The notes under the pieces: model-generated
Told to the model about the DNA's origin: nothing
The model's database searches: none
What the model saw: only the letters and a program-made list of their open reading frames with translations
Part shown: positions 55,291 through 64,000 of the stretch, one piece after another
Position numbering within the stretch: the stretch's first letter is position 1
Layout of the letters: each line of letters starts with the position of its first letter
Assembly (NCBI GenBank): GCA_964016885.1
Contig: OZ024740.1
Location: forward strand, 211,730,001-211,794,000
Length of the DNA stretch: 64,000 nt
Source of the DNA: Eledone cirrhosa
Taxonomy: Eukaryota
Direction of reading: 5' to 3'
Translations under genes and position numbers: made by a program

Positions 55291-56485
55291 TTGTCATTGT
55301 TCTTTCGTCACACACTCTGTGACCTCTTCAGTGACTGGGGATTCCTTTCTTTGTTTCTGTGCCTCTCCTTTGTTCTGTCCTACGCCATTTTGTTTCAGTG
55401 TGTGTGTTGTGTGCTCAGTCTGCGCATGCGCCACATCCGGGTGTCTGTGTGTTTATATTCATTTATTTATTTGTTTATTTACATGTTACTGGTTGGTTGT
55501 TAGTTCTATGTGTGTGTGTGTTTTCATTTTGTCCTTAATTGTAAGTTGTGATGTTGCTGTTCCACTCATATTTTCTATTTAATTTTGGTTGTAATTCTTT
55601 TATGTTTATTGCCTCTGTAATTTGTCGAAACATTGCGTCTTTTCTGTGTGTAGATTCTATTTTTATTTCTATGTTCTCTAATTTACCCTTGGTGTTCTAT
55701 TTTAGTATGTTGGTAGAGTACAGATGATTCTTTACTATCTTGACGGTCTCGCCAGTGTTCATTTATCCGTTTCCCTACACTACGAGCTGTCTCACCTATG
55801 TGCACTATATTTTTGTCTCTACATTGTCCTTCAGTACATCTTATGCTATACACTACATTTCTAGTTTTACAGTTAATATGGGGGCTTATTTTACAGGTTA
55901 TACATTTCTTATCAATATTAAGATAGTAGAAAGACCAAGTACCTCCGTAAAAACACTTATTAGCAAGACATAACCTATTCAAAGACCCTCATGTATAGAT
56001 AAGAAATGTATAACCTGTAAAATAAGCCCCCATATTAACTGTAAAACTAGAAATATAGTGTATAGCATAAGATGTACTGAAGGACAATGTAGAGACAAAA
56101 ATATAGTGTACATAGGTGAGACAGCTCGTAGTGTAGGGGAACGGATAAATGAACACTGGCGAGACCTTCAAGATAGTAAAGAATCATCTGTACTCTACCA
56201 ACATGCTAAAATAGAACACAAGGGTAAATTAGAGAACATAGAAATAAAAATAGAATCTACACACAGAAAAGACGCAATGTTTCGACAAATTACAGAGGCA
56301 ATAAACATAAAAGAATTACAACCAAAATTAAATAGAAAATATGAGTGGAACAGCAACATCACAACTTACAATTAAGGACAAAATGAAAACACACACACAC
56401 ATAGAACTAACAACCAACCAGTAACATGTAAATAAACAAATAAATAAATGAACATAAACACACACAGACACCCGGATGTGGCGCA
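55291..56485. mobile_element. Neptune-like PLE 3' end as an inverted pair (minus arm 55291-55915, plus arm 55916-56485)
   Basis: CKTRN.VYSIRC...YIGETARSVGERINEH...RQITEA...LNRKYEW present on both strands; related to 11854-12324. Confidence 0.88.
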
Positions 56486-56810
56486 TGTGAGTGAACGACC
56501 AACCATAGACAAGTTGAGAGAGAAACTGTATAAGAGGGATAGGCTGTAGTGTGCGGGAGAGAAGACTGCATTGGTATGGACATGTGATGTGCATGGAGGA
56601 TGACTGCTGGATAAAGAAGTGACAAGAAATGCCAGTAGAAGGAAGATGCAGTCGAGAAAGACCACGAATAACATGGGTGAAGGTGGTGAGAGCAGACCTC
56701 AGATCGAGGAGATGACAAAGGACTGTGATGAATGGAGAGATGCTGTGCTAAATAGGACCTGTCCCACCCTTGTAAGTAGGGAAAAGCAGACGTAATATGA
56801 TGATGATGAT
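56486..56810 (+). mobile_element. RTE LINE 3' end with (GAT)n tail
   Basis: ERRLHWYGHV motif; near-identical to the reverse complement of 61859-62123. Confidence 0.85.
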
Positions 56811-56873
56811 ATATATTATATTTTTACTGTAAATTGAATATATATATATATATATATGTGTTTTAAATATAGT

Positions 56874-56905
<32 letters not shown>

Positions 56906-57060
56906 TAGTTATATATATATAAATATAGTTATATATATATATATATATAAATATAGTTATATATATATATATATATAAATATAGTTTTATATATATATAT
57001 ATATATATAGTTATATATATATATATATATAAATATAGTTTTATATATATATATATATAG

Positions 57061-57095
<35 letters not shown>

Positions 57096-57216
57096 TATAT
57101 ATATATATAGTTATATATATATATATATATATATAAATATAGTTATATATATATATATAAATATAGTTATATATATATATAGTTATATATATATAGTTAT
57201 ATATATATATATATAG

Positions 57217-57287
<71 letters not shown>

Positions 57288-57439
57288 TATATATATGTGT
57301 GTGTGTAGGAGGTGTGTTTTATTGTAGTACAATAAAGCAATGCAGATATCGGATAAGTACTCTACAGTTTGTAGGACTGGAGTATACATAATATAGTAAA
57401 GAAACAAATTCTAGAAGAACTTACAGTAGAATAATTAAT

Positions 57440-59530
57440 CATGATCATTCCAATAACTTTAATAAAAGACCTAGATACAAAAACATAATCTGGTATAATG
57501 CTCCTTTCTCCATCTCTATTAATAACAATATTCCTAAATTATTCTTTAGTGCCTTAAATAAATGCTTCCCTCCATCACATATCTATAGTAAAATATTTAA
57601 CAAACACACCATAACATTTTCTTATTCTACATCCTCCAACATTTCCAACATTATCTCTAAACACAACAATAAAATACTAAATACTAAATCTCTTCCTTCC
57701 AACACTGAATTTCATAATAATAGTACTCCCGACGTCATTGTAAACCCTAGGCTAATTTCTACAAACCCAAATACAACGTCAAACACAACTTCGCTATATG
57801 TTCATAATCCCACTCTAAATCAAGAAACTATTATTCCTATCGCAAACAACTTCTCCAATCCAATTCCTTCTATAGATAACACTAGGTCACTCATTCATAA
57901 TCTCTCTAATTGCAGTTGCAATTGCCCTATTAAAAATAAATGTCCTCTCAACAACCATTGTCTTGATAAAAACTTAATTTACGAATGTAAAGTTATAACT
58001 GACACCAATTCCTTCACCTATTTTGGCTCCACTTCCACCTCTATTAAAGCTCGTCTTTATAACCATCATTCGTCTTTTAAATACAAACTTAAAAGAACCA
58101 ACACGGCTCTCTCAGAACTCATATGGTCCTTGAAAGACAAAAACATTAAATATAGCATCTTTTGGAAGAAGGTTTCTTCTGCGTTTTCATACTTGAACAG
58201 TTCTCTATCTAAAATCTGTAATCTCTGTCTAAATGAAAAATTTACCATTATCTCTAATCTAGATTCTATAATAAATAGACGCACTGACTTGTTTTCTATC
58301 TGCTTGCATAAATTCCATAAAACATTTCACAAAGTATACAGCTAATATTCAATTCTTTATCAATTTAGAATCTTTTTCTCAAAGGTACATATATATATAT
58401 ACACTTCTTTTAAAAATATACCCATCTTTCTACCTTATTTCAAAGGTTATTATACATTCTATAATACTTGTTTACTCATTACTCTTACTCTATATCACCT
58501 TGTAAAATCCTTCGTAAACATATACATTTTTTTGACGTTAGATTATTCATCCTCAATTCATTATTCTTTTCTCCCTATCATCTAACTCATTATTCTCAAT
58601 ACATATTAACATTTTCTTTTTCTTCGCACATATTATCAAATCCTTCAATATACAAACCTTAACTTTACATTATTTTTCTCTTCGTTAATTTTCAAATTTC
58701 TATAATACTTGTTGACTCTTTCTACATCACCCATATTTATCACTTCCTTTTCTTCTCTTCTAATATCTAACCCCTAATCTGTACCTTTTCTCACTCTTGC
58801 CTAACATAGAATCAATTATTACATAATACAACACATTCTTACTCTATATCACCTTATAAAAATCCTTTGTAAACATATACATTTTTTTTTACGTTAGAAT
58901 ATTCATCCGCAATTCATTATTCTTTTCTCCCTATCATCTAACTCATTATTCTCAATACATATTAACTCCTTCTCTTTCTTCGCACATATTTTTCTCTTCG
59001 TTAATTTTCAAATTCTTTTAATTTATACATTATCTTCCAACGGTTTTCAACCCCTCTATGTAAAACAATATATCTTTCTCAGTTATAAAAACTATCCCTC
59101 TCTATCACCCATCTCTCCTCCTATCTCATCCTTCCTCACTATACTCCTCCTTCTCCACCTTCACTCTCATCTCCTCCTCTTTTTTTCATCCTTTCCACCC
59201 CCCCCCTCTAAATAAAATATTTTTCCCAATATCACACATCAATCTAAAACTACTTCTCATATGTTGATTTAAAACTGAACTATCCACAAGTGTTTTTTAG
59301 CCTTCATATCATGTCCTCCTGTTTTATCTGATGAAAACACAAATATTATTGCATGATGATATTTGTTTTTGAAATGCGCATAATAAAATACATGGAACTC
59401 CTTTAACCATATTTTGTTCTTATATATTATATATATATATATATATGTTTTAAATATAGTTTAAATCCAACCTGTAAATTTTTACGGACCTTATTTTGAA
59501 CTGTTGATCATTCATGCGTTTACAATTTTT
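57440..59530 (+). mobile_element. 5'-truncated Naiad-like PLE (GIY-YIG frame to 58345) plus pLTR with an internal ~150-bp duplication
   Basis: NIIWYNAPFS, CFPPSH.YSKIFNK, FSYST, CNCP...CPLNNHCL, LIYEC...YFG, CNLCLNEK, CLHK. Confidence 0.87.
59322..59388 (+). ncRNA. Type I hammerhead ribozyme in pLTR
   Basis: TTTTAT-CTGATGA-AAACACAAATATTA...TGATATTTGTTTTT-GAAAT gcgc ATA-ATAAAA. Confidence 0.8.
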
Positions 59531-59749
59531 TATATATATGTATGTATTCAACTTGGCTCCTTCCTCAGATGGGCCACTGACATTCTAATCTTGCGGAGAA
59601 ACTCAGCAGTATGGGGACCAAGTACACCTGAGGTCTCAACAGCAACCGGTGTGATGAGAAAGCAGCCGGATAATCGTCGGTATTTGTTTGTCTTCCTTTC
59701 CTCTGCATTGTGTGCCACAGTACCGGGGTTTGTGGCCGAAGCAACTAAG

Positions 59750-60212
59750 TTGGAGGCTAAGACTCATCCAACTGGAGACTGTATAATGCCTGCATGTGAA
59801 CTGTAATGTTTCATGGCATTGAGACATAGGCCTTAACTGATGAATATCTGCAAAAGCTAGAAAGAAATGAAGTGAGTATGCTCTGGTGGATGTTAACGTG
59901 CATGAACATCGTAGCATACATAAACCAAGAGAAAAACTCAGCATAAGAGGAATTAGATGTAGTGTGCTAGAGAGAAGGCTGTGTTGGTATGGATATATGA
60001 TGTGTATGGAAGATAGCAACTGCATAATAAAATGCAGAGAAATCCTGATGGCTGAGACCCACGGAAGAGGAAGTTCCATGAAAATCTGGGACAAGGTAGT
60101 GAAGAATGACCTCAAGAAACTAAACCTCACAACAGAGATGACAAAGGACCATCAGGGTTGGGGCTATGCTGTGCTGGTGAAAACCTGGCCACCAGCATAC
60201 AATGTGGTCTGA
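59750..60212 (+). mobile_element. Degraded RTE LINE 3' fragment
   Basis: REKLSIRGIRCSVLERRLCWYGYM...WDKVVKNDL. Confidence 0.8.
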
Positions 60213-60814
60213 CCCATCACCGTGTAAACCCCTCCCATTTCACTAACACTCCTAACCAGCACTGAACATATCCCTGTCCATGCTCCCTCTAGTATCACCA
60301 GCTACTCCCCTTTCTCAATTCCTTACATACCCTTACTGTCATACCCTAGTAGCTACACTCTCCACCCCTGAACACTTCTTCCACCAATACCCTTAGCTAT
60401 TCTCTCCATCACTACACTCCCCCTTCCCCCACAATGGTGAGTTACTGCCACCACCACCCTGACCTCTAATGCTATCTTGGCTTAGCTATTCTCACTACCA
60501 CTACATCCCCTTCTTCGTTATATTATCAAAGGTCACACATTACTCATCACTCTGTCAAATCACATCCTGTTATACATTCATATCTTCATACATATTGCCC
60601 GTCTTCTCTCAGCCTCTCAACCCCTCCAATATTGGTGGCACCTGGTACACCCTGTAAGGTGGTTGGTGATAGGAGGGCACCCAACAATAGAAACCATGAC
60701 TGAAAGGGTTGAGAGGACCCTTCAGTTGTGCCAATGGCACAACAAACTCACTATTACTGGTGCCATGATAAAATGCACTTGGTAGAACGGGGAACCATAA
60801 GCAAAATGCAGAAT

Positions 60815-61120
60815 CCCAACCTGTCTGGGCGGTCTGTAGAGCCCTCAGTCTGTCAGGGAAGTCAGTAGACCCTTCAGCTTGTCTGGGAAATCAGTAGACC
60901 CCCAACCTGTTTGGGAGGTCAGTAGATACTCCAAGCTGTTTGGGACATCAATAACGGCCCTCTCCCCCAGCCTGTCTGGGAGGCCAGTAGACCCCCTCAG
61001 CGTGTCTGGGAGGTCAGTAGACGCCCTCCCCCCTCCAGCCTGTCTAGGAGTCAATAACCCCCCCTGGCCGCTCTGGGAGATCAGTAGACCCCTCATCATG
61101 TCTGGGAGGTCAATAGACAT
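60815..61120. repeat. GC-richer minisatellite, ~28-35-bp unit (CCTGTCTGGGAGGTCAGTAGACCCC)
   Basis: About 10 imperfect copies. Confidence 0.85.
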
Positions 61121-61142
61121 GCTTCAGGACTCACTTGATCTA

Positions 61143-61381
61143 TTAACACCTTAGCATTTACATTACACTTTATATACTAGTGTATTTTTGAGGTAAAGGC
61201 TTTATCTTACATAATTATCTCACACAATATCGAATCTATGAGATTCTGATGTTATTTATTTTGAGAACAATGCCTTAACATCAGTATGAATGGCCAGTTA
61301 AGGCCACTTACAGCTGGTTTGAACAGAATGAGGTTAAAGAATTCTGGTCGGATACGGCTGGTTTAAATGCTAAAGGGTTAT
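61143..61381. mobile_element. MITE with TTAA-type ends
   Basis: TTAACACCTTAGCATTTA ... TAAATGCTAAAGGGTTA inverted termini. Confidence 0.6.
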
Positions 61382-61426
61382 GACTAATCTAACTCTTACT
61401 AGCAGAGAAAGTGCATGTTAAATAAT

Positions 61427-61612
61427 TGTTTCTACTTTAGGCACAATGCCAGCAATTACCCAGTGCATTACTGGTACTTTATTTTATCGACCCCGTAAGG
61501 ATGAAAGGCAAAGTCAACCTCGGCGGGATTTGAACTCAGATCGTAAAGGGACGTAACTATGCTGGAAAGGATGGCGTCCGACCCTCTACCGATACTGCCA
61601 ATCCACCGCCTT
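61427..61612 (-). mobile_element. tRNA-derived SINE with a 17-bp target-site duplication
   Basis: AGTGCATGTTAAATAAT at 61410 and 61613; head GGCGGTGGATTGGCAG, B box GAGTTCAAATCCC. Confidence 0.85.
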
Positions 61613-61858
61613 AGTGCATGTTAAATAATCCTATAATCCTGTTTAATACTTAACTGGTCATCAATCAATACTCTTAATATTTCCAATAGGATAGGAGAAA
61701 GACAGCTGTCATGTCACTCAGAAATAAATCCATATTAACATTAAGTCTGAAAACACAGCCAACCATAAAACTTGTATTTGTATTTTTAAACATAAAAAAA
61801 TCAGCTACTTACTTATGTAAGTAAACAAAACATAAGTAAGTAGCTACTTACTTATGTA

Positions 61859-62870
61859 AGCACAGCATCTCTCCATTCATCACAGTCCTTTGTTATCCCC
61901 TCGATCTGAGGTCTGCTCTCACCACCTTCACCCATGTTATTCGTGGTCTTTCTCGACTGCATCTTCCTTCTACTGGCATTTCTTGTCACTTCTTTATCCA
62001 GCGGTCATCCTCCATGCACATCACATGTCCATACCAATGCAGTCTTCTCTCCCGCACACTACAGCCTATCCCTCTTATACACAGTTTCTCTCTCAACTTG
62101 TCTATGGTTGGTCGTTCACTCACATTGACATTGCACATACAATGGAGCATGCTTGCTTCATTTCCCTCCAGCCGTCGCATATCCTCCTCAGTTGCTGCCC
62201 ATGTCTCACTATCATGCAGCATCACGCATCTCACACAGGCATCATATAACCAGCCTTTCATATGCAGGGAGAAACCCTTCTTTGTCAACAGAGGAAGCAG
62301 CTCCCTAAACTTCTTCCAACCCGTCCTTATTCTAGATACTATGACCTCGGAGCACCCTCCTCCCTTACTAATCTGATCACCTAGGTATCGGAAGCTATCA
62401 ACCACCTCTATAGGTCCTACCTGCATTTGAAAAATGTGTCTATCACTGCAACTTCTACTGTCAAATTTCCCTGTACATCTACTGCATATGTAGTTTTCCC
62501 TACTTGTTAGTTTGCCTGGTACCCCACTACATCTCTTGTGTACCCAAGATCTCTATTGTGTACATTTTATAGAATTTATGCCAACTCCTTTCCTACATAT
62601 TGAACATGGCCATTTCCCTGATGGAATCAGAGTTTTGTCCTCTTTCCTACATAACAACACTTTAGTCTTAGTTAGGTTTACTCTCAGTCCTCTTGATTCC
62701 AACTACTGTTTCCATAGCCAGAATTTATTCTCTAGCTCCTCTACTGATTCTGCTATAATCGTCAGCATAGAGAAGTTCTCATGGGCAGCCAGTCTTAAAT
62801 TCCTTTGTTATGGTTTGGAGGACTATAATAAACAAGAGCGGGCTGAGGACCGAACCCTGATGTACTCCTA
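61859..62870 (-). mobile_element. Degraded RTE LINE (RT + PHD-like finger), lacking its 3' tail
   Basis: GVHQGSVLSPLLF, WPCSICRKGVG, DSFRYLGDQI, RRLHWYGHV. Confidence 0.88.
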
Positions 62871-62914
62871 CCCCTACTCCATCCTTCCACTCCCACCAAC
62901 ACCACCGTTTCTCC

Positions 62915-63222
62915 ATAAAGTTATGTTGGTATCACAACATCCAGTCCAAACTAATGAGGTTGTGTAGGTGTCACGACAAAAAAACACACAGTCCACACTG
63001 TAATGTGGTTGTGTAGGTAACATGGTAAAAAGCTCCCGGTCCACACTATAAATGTAGTTGGTGTTAGGAAGGGCATCTAGCTGTAGAAAACCTGCCAGAT
63101 AGTCCTATACGAGCGAAACACGGTCACCCAATCAATCTTGCCTCAAATGGGACAATTCCCGTCTAACCTATGCTAGCGTGAGAGATAGACATTAAACGAT
63201 GATGTTGATGATGATGATGATG
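62915..63222 (+). mobile_element. SINE/RTE-type tail ending in (GAT)n
   Basis: Homologous to 31465-31755. Confidence 0.72.
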
Positions 63223-64000
63223 AAGAAAAGGAGGGGAAGTGCAAGGATTATTAGGCAACAGAAGAAAGAGAGGGGGAAGGGGAAAGAGTGACAGATTCTA
63301 CTCCTAGGCGAGGCAGCTCAGGACACTGGTGGACTCATAGCCTCAGACAGAATGCTTTGTAGTATTTTGTTATGACATATTCTGTGTTCAAGACATGCCA
63401 AGGTCAGCTTTGTCTTTCATCATTCCAAGTTTGATAAAACCTGGGGTATGTATAATCGACTTTCCCCTCTCCCAACAAATTGTTGGCCTTTTGTCTAAAT
63501 TAGAAACAATTATTATCCTTAGCTGAATTCTTTCTGAACAAAACAGCATTTGTCTCCTTTCATAATTGTCTGATTAAAAAGATATTCTCTCTCTCTCTTT
63601 CTCTCTCACTCTCTGTCTCTCACTCTCTCTCTGTCTCTCCTCCCTCTTTTCCTTTTTTTCCTCCTCATTATGCATTATTAAAATAAATATAAATTTAATA
63701 TGCTAGGGATTAAGAGCATGTAATTGTAACTAGTGAATTGTTTATGTTGGGGTATAGTAACGTAAATTGTAGGATTTAGTTATAAATAGTTTCAATATGA
63801 AAAGCACTGGATTACTATTAAACTAAGTAGCTCAGCAATTGGTAATGGGAACAGAGTATAGAAAATCCCTCAACTGAAAATCTTCTATTCACTGTAAAAG
63901 TGAAAATAATTCTTTCCTTTGTGAGAGAATGAATACTGACAAAAGTTATGCTTTGTTCTAGATTTAGCTTATCACATTTCAGAAAAGAGAAGTGGAAGGC

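Noticed and set aside
59280-59300. TATCCACAAG motif (also 35255 minus) resembling a DnaA box
   Set aside because: A DnaA box is irrelevant in animal DNA; at most this is a short shared pLTR motif, too short to support.

Overview
AT-rich animal genomic DNA, dominated by (TA)n/(TG)n microsatellites. The SINE, RTE and Penelope repertoire suggests an octopus or other cephalopod (inference). Almost all ORF-track entries are microsatellite artefacts. The only host coding signal is two in-phase, GT-AG-bounded + strand exons (4784-4888, 6103-6264) resembling CCDC13, so most of the window is probably one large intron. It is filled with degraded Penelope-like elements (PLEs; RT + GIY-YIG, Naiad-like and Neptune-like), RTE, L1 and CR1-type LINE remnants, tRNA-derived SINEs, MITEs and a non-autonomous Helitron. 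The main hidden system is an RNA one. I read about 22 type I hammerhead ribozyme (HHR) motifs in about 10 sequence families. Most sit in PLE pseudo-LTRs (pLTRs); the rest are in two homologous non-coding tandem arrays (4 x 312 bp at 40988-42239; ~1.9 x 317 bp at 51734-52337) that look like retrozymes (HHR-processed circular-RNA retroelements). The two retrozyme families carry different HHR cores (CUGAUGA vs a compensatory UUGAUAA). They share a second multi-hairpin domain with apparent covariation that I cannot assign to a known RNA class. Many insertions show an inverted (fold-back) 5' arm and lie in (TA)n. All RNA structures were folded by eye, not computed.
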